Origin: Azolla caroliniana
Taxonomy: Eukaryota; Plantae; Polypodiophyta
Length of the DNA stretch: 64,000 bases
Direction of reading: 5' to 3'
NCBI GenBank assembly: GCA_043228905.1
Contig: JBHGNT010000016.1
Coordinates: 14,384,001-14,448,000, forward strand
The position numbers and the translations under genes are program-made. Positions 23,981-37,520 of the stretch are shown piece after piece; the first letter of the stretch is position 1; every line of letters starts with the position of its first letter. The notes beneath the pieces are model-generated. The model had not been told where the DNA came from. It saw only the letters and a list, made by a program, of their open reading frames with translations, and made no database searches.

Positions 23981-25034
23981 GAAAGGAACAGTAGTGACTG
24001 TGATGCCGAATCGGCTGAAGAATTCGATTTCAGCCAGCTGAAGAAGCCGAAGAAGAAAACAGTGGTCGTAATCGCAAGGAAGAGTTGAAGAAAGCCAAAC
24101 AAAGGGGAAATACAACCAAGAAAGGCGTAAAGGCCAAGACCAAGACATGGTCTAATGTTGTGAAGGGCCTGAAAATAGAAGACGAATTGGAGACAGCCAA
24201 TTCGAGCGAAAGTGGAATTGAATCGAAAGTGACTGATTCAATCAAAATGTTCGATTCAGACATTACAAATGGACTAAGGGCCATGTGGAGGAAAGTGCAG
24301 CGAAAGAGGCCATGTTTTAAAGAGGGGGAGTATGTTACGGGCATGACCATATAATATCGCGTGGTGAGAATTTACCGTAGTATTCTATACACGTGGATAA
24401 GTATGAGGGTTAAACGAGAGTGTAAAGAAGGGGAAGGTTACTTTTAATCCTCGGGATTGAGACAACCCATTAGGCCAAGTGTGAACTTGCCTGGGGGCCT
24501 TGGGTATCGCTATAAATAAGAGGCCTAACTACCCTCATTTGATCATCTTGTTGACTACGTCAAGACTCTGTCTTGTGGTGGGTCAACTCTTGTAGCGAGC
24601 GCGCTAGCACTAAGTATGACTCGACGCCACGGTGGTGGTATGGGACACCGATCGAGGCTCTAGTCCGTCTCGATCCCTTCGCTCGGGGGTGGTCGGGTGG
24701 ATCAACACCTTTCTTTCTCTCTCTCCTTTCTATCTAGATCTATATTCTATCCTTATCTAATTCTTACATTAGTTCATGTCTTTAACAAATGCTATCAGAG
24801 CTCATTTTCTAATGTTTCTTTTGTTGTCTTTTGTGTTCTTGATTGATGGCGATCGATCTATGTGCGGTCGGCCTTCATGCAGACAAGGATCAACAAAGGA
24901 ACTTTGGTAATCTTTCTTGTTTTTTTTTGTCTATTTTTTCTTCTTCCATCTAATCATGTGTATGGTTAATATGTAGATTTTTTTCATTAATTGAATGATG
25001 TTGTAGTGGTAATTCATTGGTTGTATAAAACATT

Positions 25035-25305
25035 TACATATGTGTATGAGGTCAATACCTCATTTGACGTATATTGAATATGTGATGAGTGTCGTATACG
25101 CACGAGGTTAATACCTCAATTGCGTATTACGTTCACAAACATATGTTACGTTTGCATATGAGGTCAATACCTCGATTCGTTGTAAATGATATGTGTTTGG
25201 TCTCGTATGCGTAAGAGGTCAATACCTCAATTGCGCATTACGATTAACCCTTATTTTTGGATGTCTCGTGTGAGTAGAGGTATATGCCTCGATTACGTAT
25301 CTAGA
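25035..25305 (+). repeat. Array of five GAGGT-NNAT-RCCTC stem-loops in the E5 leader
   Basis: Copies at ~25048, 25104, 25160, 25215, 25277. Confidence 0.85.
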
Positions 25306-26485
25306 TTACATCATTTTTGGCAATTAAATATAACGAATTGTTTAATATAGGCATATGTGGTCACGTGTATACGTAGTTGATCGTATATATGTGATGATAT
25401 ACATATGTGTATATAAGTTATTGCGTGATTTTAAATCGAATGTTTTCCTTTACGGGGAAAGGATCTTGGTGGCCGTCCTCACATTTTTGTGAGAATAGCG
25501 TTGTCACCATCCCTTTTTTCAACAATTTTTTATTTTTGAAATCCCCGTTGGTGACTTCAATATTTCGTTATGTAAAGAAAGGCCTATAGCCATAATGATG
25601 TTGAGTACGTAGGGCTTGACCCACTTCATGTGAGGTTGCTCCTATGACACACTTCTCCAACATCCCTCCCTCATTACATGGATATGATGCCACCATGAGA
25701 TCATTCTTACGAGAGGCATTCGTAATGACGTAACCATGTGATGGGCCATGTGGGCCTACTACGAAAAGAGGGCTCATTTGGCTTGACCATTAGGTTGCAC
25801 TTTGGTGTATGCCATCGTAATTACGAGACTTGAGGTTAGGTAAGGTACCAACATATTTTGTGGTAAACGAGGGGGAAATAAGGACTCTTGACATATATGT
25901 TTCTTTTAAAAAAACATATATGGGCAAATGACTCGCATATCTCTTATACGCATGAAACATTAAAAATTCAAGAAGAGCAACCTACTTGGTTGGCTCAACT
26001 GTTTAATGTATTTGTTCTCGAGGTCTCGAGTTCAAATATGACCAAGACCATACAACATCGTTGATAAATATGACTATAACACATGTTTAGACTTGAGTTC
26101 TAAGTGCACTTCAGGGTCCTCATAATAGGACTTAAAGAGCCGAAACCACATATGTGGGCAACGAAACATAGTTTATTGTTAACATTTTTTTCGTGTATAA
26201 ACTATTCATGACCCGAACATACATGGTTGAGCCTCAGGGACCTGCCATGAAAAAATCAATATAGAGATCAGGGAAAGACATTAAATTGTCACCCCCATGG
26301 TTTTTAAAACACCTTTGTGTTACCATAGTAACCTGATCTTGAACCTCATCTCATATGTCTAGAGGGGTATTGATGTGAGATAATGATATCAATTAATGTT
26401 CGCCCATGATATGTTTACATCACGACATGATGTTATGACTATCTCTCTGACCTTATCCTATTTCTTTTCTAGAAATAATCATTTA

Positions 26486-29400
26486 ATGGCTCAAAATAAC
26501 AACCCAATGTCATCCGCTCAAGCGGAAGGAACTCAAAGGAGTCCTCCTGGACAAATGTCCATTGAGATGTATTTTTCGCAAATAACCCAATACCTTAGTT
26601 TCACCGCTCAACAGATGACCGAACTTTGGCAATCTCAAAGTGCTCTCGAGGCACGTGTCATTAGTTTACAACGTGAGACTAATAGACCTGATGAGCGACA
26701 AGGCGGACCATCGTTTGTCGTTAAGCCATTTACGGGAGATAAAAAGGAATGAACCGAAGAAAGAACCTACATGTGGCTGGGCCGATGGGAGTCTCATTTT
26801 GAGCTCTATCCCACGCCAGATAGTACGAAGATTGCATATGTTGGCCGAGAATTAGGGGGTAAGGCCTCCGCCTGGTGGTGTGGGCTCCGTACTTTGGGGA
26901 AATTGCCCGATACCTAGACAGATTTTGTCACAGTTTTTAAGGGCCAATTTCTATAACCTCCCTCTCGAACCGAGGCAGCTCAAGCTTTAATGAACCTCTC
27001 TAGCAAGAAGTTTTCCTCGCTAGAAGACTATGTCCACCATGCTAGAACCCAAATCCAAAAATCGGATCTAGAAGGGGACAATTGGTTAATAACTTGTTTT
27101 GTCAATGGCATCCCCAATTCGGACTATCACTGGATAGTGCACGATAAGGATCCAAAATCCTTCGAAGAGGCCGTTGAAATAGTTCTTCGCTATCAACGCA
27201 CTTCGAAGGACCACAACAAACCCAACGAAGTGCCCGGGACTAAGCAGTCACAATTCGCTGGGAAACTCAAGACACCCAACGAATTCATGGATCGTGATTG
27301 TAAGCGAGAACATCCTTTTTGCGTATTCTACAAAAGGAAGGGTCATACAAAAGAGCAATGTCGAAAGCTCCAACGAAAAGAGCACGACAACAAAGCTAAA
27401 GCTGCAGACAATAGAGGTCAGATTCCTAATGTCTTTCAAGTCTGTACACATCATTTAAGTAATTGTCAATGTTCTTTCCCTCACTATGTATTGGGTCCCA
27501 ATGATTTACTACGTGCAAACGGGTATATCAATGGATCTCCCGTACAATTTTTATTTGATTCGGGAAGCTCACACAACTTTGTCAATGATCGTTTGGTTCA
27601 GATATGGGGAATCCAACCCATCGTAAGTGATCACACCTACACGGTGCACTTGGCTAATGGAAGAGTACAATACATTAACGGGGCGATTCATTCATTAGGA
27701 ATTTCTATTGATACTTATATAGAGGAAGTAGACTTCCATGTAATGAATCTTTGTACCACTAATGTAATATTGGGTTATCCCTGGTTTTATAATAAAAACT
27801 CTTCTTTATCTATTGATTGGGTTCATAATTCAATTACATTTGTACTGAACGATTGTACTCATTTTATTCAATGTGTAAAAAAACAATCCCTCTCGATTGT
27901 TTCCTCGTGTCCATCAATATCCGAGTTGTCCTATTCTACTCTATTTTATTGTGTACTTGATCCAAACATTCACGTTTACAATATCGATAATGTCTCAGCT
28001 CAATTAACATATTTTGAACAACAACAACTTGATGAAATCTTAAATGATTTTCGTAATGTTTTTCCGAGTGAAATACCAGATGGGTTACCTCCTAAATGTA
28101 ATATAGACCATCGTATAGATATTGTACTTGGTGTTGCACCAATAAGTATACCTCCTTATCGCTTAAGTCGATCCGAAGAGGATGAGGTATCTAAGCAACT
28201 CAAAGACTATTTACGAATGGGTTATATACGTTATAGTAAATCTCCATGGGGTGCACCAGTTCTCTTAGTTAAAAAGAAAGAGGGCACATGGCGTATGTGT
28301 ATTAATTACCGACGCTTGAATAAAGTGACGATCAAGAATTCGTATCCATTGCCCTGGGCTGACAATCTAATTGACCGTCTCCAGGGAGCTCGATATTTTA
28401 CGAAACTTGATCTCCGTACTAGCTACCATCAAATACGAATAAGTGAGGACGATGTTCCTAAAACGGCATTTCGTATGCGCTATGGCCATTATGAGTTTTT
28501 GGTTATGTCTTTTGGTTTGACCAATGCTCCGTCTACATTTCAACAAGAAATGAATGACATTTTCTGAGAACAACTTGGAAAATTTGTCGTTATTTTCTTG
28601 GATGATATTTTAGTTTATAGCCGTACATTGCAAGATCATGCTAAACATGTTCTCTTTGTTTTACAAACATTGCGTGACAAACAATTTTACACGAAGATCT
28701 CAAAATTTGAGTTCTTCAAGAAATCAATTACTTATCTTGGACATCTCATAACCAAACGAGGAGTTGAAATTGATCCTTCTCGCATCGAGAAAATCAAGCT
28801 TTGGCCCACTCTTTAGGGTATTCAAGAAGTTTGATCATTCCTTGGTTTTGTCGGGTTTTTGCGAAAATCCCTTCGTAATTACTCCCAATTGACGACGCCG
28901 TTTACTGATCTTCTAAAAGGTCAAACGTGTAAGTCTACAAAACTTATTGTCTGGAATGCTACACTAGACCTCGACTTTAAGGAACTCAAGGACCTGGTAT
29001 ACAAGGCTCCTTCACTTCTTTTACCCGATCCTTCAAAACCTTTTCAGGTTGAAACCAATGCAAGCGATTATGCTATAGGTGTTGTCTTATATCAAGATGG
29101 TAAACCAATAACATTCGAGGGTAAGAAACTTGATTCTGCTCAATGTCAATATACCGTTCAAAAAAATGAATTATTTGCAATTATACATGCGCTCAAAACA
29201 TGGCGCCATTATCTTTATGGAAATCGTTTTGTGGTAACTACGGACCACGAGTCCTTGAAATATTTTTGTGACCAACAAGACCTGAAAGGTCGTAAGGCAC
29301 GATGGCCTGATCTCATCCAAGACTTTGATTTTTCCATACGATATCGTAAAAGTTCCATGAACACTGTCACTGATGCACTAAGTCACATCCGTGAAGTTAA

Positions 29401-30880
29401 CATGCTTAGCTTCACTGAAATATCATCATATCTTTATGATCACCTTCGAGGAAAGTATCTTGATGACAGTTATTTCGCAAAATACTAGGCAAGAGTAGAG
29501 TCTGGAACAAACACCACCACATCCTCGAAGGAATACTTCATCATTGCTAACGGTCTACTCTACCGTAATGGGAAGGTTTGTGTTCCATATTTACCCGAGG
29601 TCAAAAAGAGGATTCTTTTTTAATGCCATGATGCACCCTTAGCAGGGCACCCTGGAATACATCGTACACTCGTTCTCATCTCCACTCAATTTTATTGGCC
29701 TAATATGCGTCCTGACATACATATCTATGTGACTAAATGTCACCAATGTCAGGTTAACCAAGTCGAGCGACTTAAAGCTGCAGGACTTTTACATCCCTTG
29801 GACATTCCCAATAATAAGTGGGAAAGTATATCCATGGATTTTATTGTTAGCCTTCCTCGCACCCGAAAAGGTCATGATGCCATCTAGGTTGTGGTTGACA
29901 GACTAACTAAAATGGCTAGATTTATTGCTACTAAAACCATGGTAACAACTCCTGAATTGGCTTACCAATTCGTTGACGAGTTATTTCGTTTTTATGGGTT
30001 ACTGATGGATATCATGAGTGATCGAGATCCAAAGTTTACTACTGACTTCTGGACGCAAGTCTTTAAGAAGTTAGAAACTATGTTGAACATGAGCTCCACG
30101 GATCATCCTCAATCCGATGGACTGACACAATGAGTAAATCAAATTATTGAGGACATGCTTCAAGCATATGTTGGTGCAAAACCAACAAAATGGGAACGTT
30201 ATCTCCCAATTTTGGAGTTTGCTTATAACAGCTCCAAACATACGTCGAAGGGATATAGTCCTTTTATGTTGATGTATGGTTTTCAGCCACGAGCCCTGAT
30301 TGATGTTAATATACATCATGATCAGTTGCGAAGTACACAAAACTTTCTTTGGGATATGTTGCATATTGCATGAGATAATATAAAAATAGCTCAAGATAGA
30401 GCGCGTTTTTATGTTGATCATAATAGGCAACCTCGTGTATTCAACCCTGAATAGAAGGTATTTTTACATGTACCTCACAATTCTAAGACATTGTCTAAGG
30501 GTAAGTGCACTAAGTTAGCCCCACGGTTTAGTGGACCTTTTACAGTCCTCAAACGCATTGGGTCATCAGCCTATCGTCTCTCTCTTCCCGATGGTGTTGG
30601 AATTCATCCAATTTTTCATGTGAGTCGTCTAAAAGAACTTCTAGGTTCTGGCGACAATACAATTACAACTGAAACTCTGGTTACTTTTGAAGAATTATAT
30701 CTTCTAAACCACATGTACCAGAAAGAATTCTCGATGTTAAAACAAAAAAATTACGTACTCAAGAAATCCGAGAATTTAAAATAAAATGGATGGATAAATC
30801 AATAAAAGATGCCACATGGGAACGCGAAAATACTCTCAGAACTAACTTCCCTAAATTTCCATTGCAAGAGTGCAATGTTT
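26486..30880 (+). pseudogene. gag-pol: E5 Gag-PR-RT-RH-INT-chromodomain
   Basis: [11 protein letters not shown]; FGLTNAP and FLDD; ISMDF, SDRD, HPQSDG; chromodomain FKIKW..DATWE. Stops and frameshifts present. Confidence 0.92.
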
Positions 30881-33083
30881 TAAAGAGGGGGAGTATGTTA
30901 CGGGCATGACCATATAATATCCCGTGGTGAGAATTTACCATAGTATTCTATACACATGGATAAGTGTGAGGGTAAACGAGAGTGTAAAGAAGGGGAGGAT
31001 TACTTTTAATCCTCGGGGTTGAGACAACCCATTAGGCCAAGTGTGAACTTGCCTGGGGGCCTTGGGTATCGCTATAAATAAGAGGCCTAGCTACCCTCAT
31101 TTGATCATCTTATTGACTACGTCGAGACTCTGTCTTGTGGTGGGTCAACTCTTGTAGCGAGCGCGCTAGCACCAGGTACGACTCGACGCCACAACGGTGG
31201 TATGGGACGCCAATCGAGGCTCTAGTCTGTCTCGATCCCTTCGCTCGGGGGTGGTCGGGTGGATCGGCACCTTTCTTTCTCTCTCTCCTTTCTATCTAGA
31301 TTTATATTCTATCCTTATCTAATGGTTACATTAGTTTGAACATGTCTCTAACAACAAGGGAGCTGAGAAGGGCTCCATGAGCAGACAAGCCCACTGGAAG
31401 GGTCAAAGCAAGCGGAATCAAACGAGTTGAGGAGCGTGAGCGAGGCATGAAACCAAGAGAGGCCAGAGCGAAGATGCGGAAAAGCATATGGAACCTCAAG
31501 TTGAGCTTGAGGGGGAGTGTTGAGAGACAAGCCCAACATTGGGGGCGTAACCCAGTGCATAGATTGGATGTGTAAACCGAGAGGCCGTTGGAATGTTATT
31601 CCTCGTAAGGAATAATTTTGGGAGTAAATGTAGGATGCTCATTTATGAGCGGTCAAGTACTGTAAGTACCTCTGTCAGCCCAATTGTCAAGGCTTGTAGA
31701 AAAGGTGCTCACTGAGCACGAAGTATGTACAGAGAACATACAGAGAATTATTTTGAATATAGTTTCGTTTTCTTCTCTCTCTGTCGTTCCCTCTCTTTCT
31801 CTGTGATTTTTGTGTTTTACCAAACTATCGTGCTTCCGAACCGTGTACTCAGTGTCTATCGCATACGCTTCCACACACGTATTCTTTTACAGTGTGCACA
31901 TAAATGAAAAATAAAACAAGTGTGCGTATAAATGGGGTCTACTACCCATAATAAGGGGTATCACTAAGCTAAAACCCACGTTCTCAAGAGGGGTGGAACG
32001 ACGAGTGCTTCAAGTGGTATATTATTCACCCCCAACCATTCTTCAAGAATGCCTTGTCTCTAGTTCAGGTTCTCATTGGTTCAACTCGACATTCACACAC
32101 GCACACTACATAAATTTTAGCGACATCTTTGGTAGTCTATCAAGGAAAGAATTATAGGAGAAGATGAATGGAGTAACAAATGAAGAATAGTCTGATGATG
32201 ATCAAGCATGTACTTCAGGAAAGACCCTATAAAATGAGAGTCTATTTCTATAGAGATAATGGTAGTGGTGTCTCTTACTATTTAGAGGCATTTAAGGAAG
32301 AAATGTACATGAAATGTATACCTAAAGTAAGATAATTGGCAAGCTTCGTAAGAATGGTGACAACAAGAATCCAAAATTGAATTCTTAAAATACATGGTGG
32401 AAGATGGTATTGTCACAATGCATGCTTACCTATAAAAAGGGGCATGAATCTTGTGTAAAGTTTTATGTACATGGAACGTTAATATATAAGAGTTTTTGTA
32501 TACAATACCCTTTTTGCAACTGATCTATGTCTGTTAATTCTTAATAAGTTTTGAATCGTTGTGATTATCAACCGATCAACAGTGTCGCCGATTCAGACTC
32601 TTTGTGTTTTGATTGACTCAATTGTAGCGATCCATGTCTAATTACAAAATACTATTTGTTAAGTGTGATTTTTATGCTATTCCCATCCCTCCTACCATGA
32701 TCTTTGTTGAAGGGTACTCAGTGGTTGAGTATTTGATCCGTGCTTCCTAGGGAGTAGGAACAGTGTAAAAAATATTGAATGTTGAACCCAATCAATAGAT
32801 AAAGAAGAGTTTTTATTAAAAAACCAATGCATGAATCACCTCATTTATGTATTGAACTCTTCCATCAACCAAATGCACTTTATAGGTGTGATCACTTATA
32901 GTGGGTTGTGATCCAAGTCCGTGGATTCGCACACACCAGCATGGAAGAATCCCGTCGGTGGGCAGGGCGGGCGCGTCTATGGATTCCCCATATCTTAATC
33001 AAACGAACATTTACAAAGTTATGTGACCTTCCTGAATCAAATAAGAACTCTATTAGAGAACCATTGGTATACCCATTTGCACG

Positions 33084-35291
33084 TGTCAGGTCCGAGCGGG
33101 ACCACCGGGATCTTGAACCGGGGAGAGATGAGTTTCTGAAAGGTCGAATCCCTCGAAGCCGGTTGCGAGATTTTGGCCGAATCGGTTCCAGATGTTGTTC
33201 GGGAACAACCGATCCGGACACGTTCCAGATCAACCGGAATGCGTAGAGGTAGAGTGCGCTCATACGCATACCCATAAGACTTTCATAGTCGTATATACAA
33301 AAGGCCCGAAAGATGTAAGTATATACATATATAAATATGCGAACGACGGTTCGGTTCATCGTATGCGCGCGCACACACCCGCACACTAGGAAGGACAGAA
33401 CCCCAACACACTGGACCGAACGCAGACACAAAGGGGTCTCAGGATGCTGCTCTGAGACCCGACACTTCTACACATACAACAGACACACCCGTCGAGATGA
33501 ATAGAACACCGACGCTCCATGCAGGAAACACGCACACACATGTATATATATATATATATATATTATTATACAAGAGATGTTACAACGCCGGCTAAAGTCG
33601 GTTCTAACACAGAGACAAAGAGGGTGCCTACATCCCAGAACCAGTCGGGGAGCTCATGGGGGCTCGCCAGAACGAAGGGAGTCTCGTGCAGGGTACACCT
33701 CTTCCGAAACAGCAACCTTTTGCCGCCAAGCCGCCAGTTGGGGAGCACTCAGGTTCCCCTACGCGAGTGGGGATCTTGCATGGGAGAGAGAGAACCGAGG
33801 ACCAGTGCCTCCGAGCGTGTGGGCTCACCATGAAACAGTAACGGAAGCAAAAGCAAAAGCAAAACTGTAGTAGAGACGAGAGGAGACAAGAAGAGGAAAG
33901 AATAGAACAGAACATGAGAGAGAGAGAGAGAGAGAGAAAGTTGAAAGCATATCTACGGAAGGGAGTACTAATGTGGCAATTTTCTTAATTGGAGCAAGTG
34001 GAAATCCTTTCCTCGGTGGAATGTTCGTCTTGCCTATTGGCAATTCAACATGTTCCATTACCCCTGTAGTGTAGTGTAGTGTGGTTAGTGGGTGACCATA
34101 CTTCATGGTCACACCCATTGTAAGTAGTGTTTTTTAAACACATTTATTAATATAATTGTGTGTTTTCACCCAAAAAAAAAAGAGTGTTATTGATATATGT
34201 CTCCTTCCTAAGAACCTGGGTATTCATACATTGAAGCACAAAGTCTCTATGTGTTAGTAAAGCATACACATATGAGCTCAACCTTCTAGGTGGTGTCTTA
34301 AGTATGGCACTTAAGTTATCACTCCCTCTTAGTATGTCAGCATATCTTGAACGAATTGCACTATATGTCAAGCATGTGAAGAGCAAGTGACATTCATCCT
34401 CTACCATGCCTTCATTGCATACTTTACATGCCGTCAAATTCGTTACATTTTGATACCATGATGCAACTTCAATACCTAACTTGTGAGATCGAGTGCAAAG
34501 AGTGTAAGGGCTCTACGAGCATTACTACTCATATTGGTAATGAGATAAGGCTGGATACGATCAATAGACATTCTTGCTTTATATTGAGACCAACAGGGTT
34601 GACATTTGCAATGTAGTATTCTAGCTTTGTTCTCTTAACATCCTCCCATTTCATCCTTAATGATTCCGCCAACCTTTCCTCAATCATTACATACTGCATA
34701 GCATTGCCCGAAAGCTCTAAAAGATCATCCACACCCCATCTTCTAAACCATTTCCTTATGTCAACAACCCAACCAGATGAGAGAATCTTACTTTTAATAT
34801 GATTCTTGTGTAGCTTACATCCAACATTCCAAGGAAGATGTGGTAATCGATGATTCGACATATTCTTGACTTTTGTAATGTATTTATATACTCTTTGGAG
34901 TGCCAATAGTTCTATGGGTCGAACACCCGTTTCCAAGAGCATAACCTAGTAAGAGGTAGTGCATTTAACTCCTAATTGCCTCCTTAAAAACATCTTTTGA
35001 ATTTTCTCAATCTCGTTCCATACATTAAGAGAGATGGTGCCACCCCATACTTCTACTCCTTTACACGGGACCCTCCATTCCTTTTATAGCACAAGGAAGG
35101 AGTGGCGTAACAATGTGGGATAAATATCCCCCATTTCGAGGGATACTCTCCCCGGCTTTCATTCTTATTTGGCGCTTTAAAGGCACCCACTATTTCTGTA
35201 CAATCTTTACAAGAGGGAGTGCACACGGTGCACTCCGCCGATATCACCATCTTCCCCGGTTTTCATACTGTGGCCGGGAATCTTAATGTCA
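33084..35291 (-). mobile_element. Probable solo LTR (~1.2 kb) containing a LINE insertion
   Basis: TG..CA ends; ACG(T) duplication of the target; TATAAAA on the minus strand near 35085 followed by a CT-rich tract. Confidence 0.6.
34066..35060 (-). mobile_element. 5'-truncated LINE 3' end with CCHC finger, 3' stem-loop and (CACTA)n tail
   Basis: GVEVWG, LLETG, CKVC..EDECHLLFTC; hairpin 34090-34116; GTAGT repeats 34066-34089. Confidence 0.82.
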
Positions 35292-36869
35292 ACGTAGTAA
35301 TTATTGGGTCCTAATACATAGTGAGGGAAAGAACATTTAAAACTACTTAAATGATGTGTATTGATCTCAAGGACATCAAGAATTTGATCGAAGACTTTAT
35401 GATCTGCAGCTTTGGTTTTGTTGTCATGCTCTTTGCATTGGAGGTTCCAACATTTCTCTTTTGTGTGACCCTTCTTTTTTTGCCAAACATGCAAAAAGAA
35501 TTTTGTCGCTTACAATTATGATCATGAATTCATTGAGTATCTTGAATTTCCCGGCAAATTGTGACTGCTTAGGTTACAACAATCCTTGAAAACTCAATTA
35601 TCTTTAATGAAGTTGGAGTCCTTGACCTTACTACTTACCAACTTGATAGCTCTTGCCACTTAAGATAACTTTATTGTTGCTTTGAACTTTATCTTCTCTC
35701 TTATCTCTTCCATTATTTCTCAATCCAAAGCTTAACGTACTAGAATTGGGCTTTAGGTACTTTCCTTTCTTCACACGTGATATGGAAGGAATGAAGGGAC
35801 CAAAGCTACCAATAAGTTAAGGTTATGGTTAAGGACATTAACTAGGAGATGACAAGAGATGAGTATCAAACTAAAATTTAGAGCTTGCTCATGTCACAAG
35901 AGCTAATCACTCAAACAACAACAAGAAGTTTGAAACCTATAAGGGGCAATACAAAGCAAAAAAGTTACGTGGCATCGATTGAAGACTCATGACATCCACT
36001 TTAGGAATTGTATTTTACCATTTCCTTATTCTTTATGTCTCTCACCCATGTAATGTAGTTTATCGTTATAAAAACTCTCTTACAAAAATTCATATTCACA
36101 CACACATGTACACAATCACACTTATATTTAAGCACAACCATTCCTATCCATTCACGAAAATGTATAGACACAAATACTCCCACACAAGCCATTGCACATA
36201 TAATACAAACACTTATTTACATAGTTATATACAAACATAACCCCATATTTACAACAATCTTCATATATTTATATAAGCATATACACAAACATATAAACAT
36301 ATGCACATCACGATCAACAAGAACACATCTAGATGCAATTGTAAGTACCTTTTAGATTACCAACACTTAGGTACTCGAGACGTGATGCGGCGGTTTCGAG
36401 AGTTGTAAAAGAGAGGAAAAGGGCCAAAAGGAGCGCCAAAATTTTTGAATATATATAAACATGTTCACGTTCAGAAGTGGAAGGATAAGGAATATTCTGT
36501 CTAATTTTAGGTCTTTTTGGCCATTTCACAAAACACCTTGATACGTGTATCACATGTTCCCGAAAACTTGACGAAAAAGCTGAAAACTTTCACCATTTGG
36601 TAAAATTGAAAAATGTCAAAATTTGGCAAAATAGGAAAAGTAAGTTTGTATATTTTTAAGGAAAAATAATAACTAGTAATGTTTTAGATCTTAAAGAAAT
36701 TAGATGCAAAAGATTTCAAAACAATCAACTTTTTTATATCATTTGTGTAAATAATTACCTAGATTAATTATGTTATGCGGAATAGATTAGATGTGTGTTT
36801 GTGTGTGTGAAAAAGAGAGACAAGATAGATAGAAGATAGACTCAAATGTACATATTAACAAGGATATGC

Positions 36870-37520
36870 TTTGCTCACTTGGAGGCGCTTGGGGTCCACT
36901 CAGCCTAGTTGTGATTGGACTTTTTTCAGATATTGACCTTAGTTGATCATTGTCCTTTGTGTCATCAAAGTAGACTGAAAACAGTTCGGGTGGAGTCAGG
37001 TCTAGTTCGTACCATGACGTTGATTCGTCAAAGACTACATCCCGACTTACACAAACCTTTCGAGTAGAGGGGTTAAAGCATTTGACATACCCCTTTTGCT
37101 CCAATGAGTATCCTATGAGGATATATTTCTCCAACTTGGGATCTAGCTTTCACCGCTTTTTGTTAGGAATGTGTTCGTATGCAATAGAGCCGAATATCCT
37201 GACATGGTCTAGGTCCAACTTTGTACCGTAATCTTTCTCATGAGGGGTTACATCATGCACTCTGGGTGTTGTGCACCATTCACAAGGTAGATGACAGTAT
37301 TCGTTGCTTCAAACCAATACGACTTTGGAAGATACTTTTGTTCATCATTGTCCTTGCTACTTCGAGGATGTGACGATTCTTTTGTTCAACCACTCCATTC
37401 TATTGCTATGTATGTCCACACGAAAATTCTCATCGAATTCCTTTTTTGTAGAGGTATGTCATGAAAGCGTCGAAGAAGTATTCTTTACTTCCCTCTGATC
37501 GAAGACATCGAACATGTTGT
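36870..37520 (-). pseudogene. Ty1/Copia integrase fragment (E8-like)
   Basis: ILIGYSLEQKGY..CFNPSTRKVCVSRDVVFDE. Confidence 0.8.

Larger units (their letters stand above)
24312..31353 (+). mobile_element. E5: Ty3/Gypsy chromovirus with tRNA-Met-type PBS and long leader
   Basis: LTRs 24333-24787 and 30896-31353; PBS TGCTATCAGAGC; PPT AAAGAGGGGGAG. No TSD found. Confidence 0.9.
16962..31891 (+). mobile_element. E4: Ty1/Copia element with internal deletions
   Basis: TSD GTGTG. 5' LTR 16962-22070 (split by E4b); PBS TGGTATCAAAGC; PPT GAGGGGGAG; 3' LTR 31518-31891. Confidence 0.9.
32980..35570 (-). pseudogene. Fragment of an E5-family gag/protease, split by a solo LTR
   Basis: 32980-33083 and 35292-35570 match E5 ~27240-27615 in reverse complement (KGHTKEKC, HYVLGPN, FLFDSG). 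Confidence 0.8.

Noticed and set aside
24000-24354. env-like ORF in E4
   Set aside because: Short, no transmembrane segment, and runs into the E5 PPT/LTR.
25035-25305. CRISPR array (also considered for 39590-40015)
   Set aside because: Repeats are short, spacers are related to each other and base-pair around the core, there are no cas genes, and the context is a eukaryotic retroelement.
26100-26180. Hammerhead ribozyme / retrozyme
   Set aside because: No CUGANGA..GAAA core with proper stems found here or at the other CTGATGA sites checked by eye.
35570-36860. Host gene or promoter in AT-rich stretches (also 31900-32950 and 61720-62270)
   Set aside because: No convincing ORF or exon structure; left unassigned.
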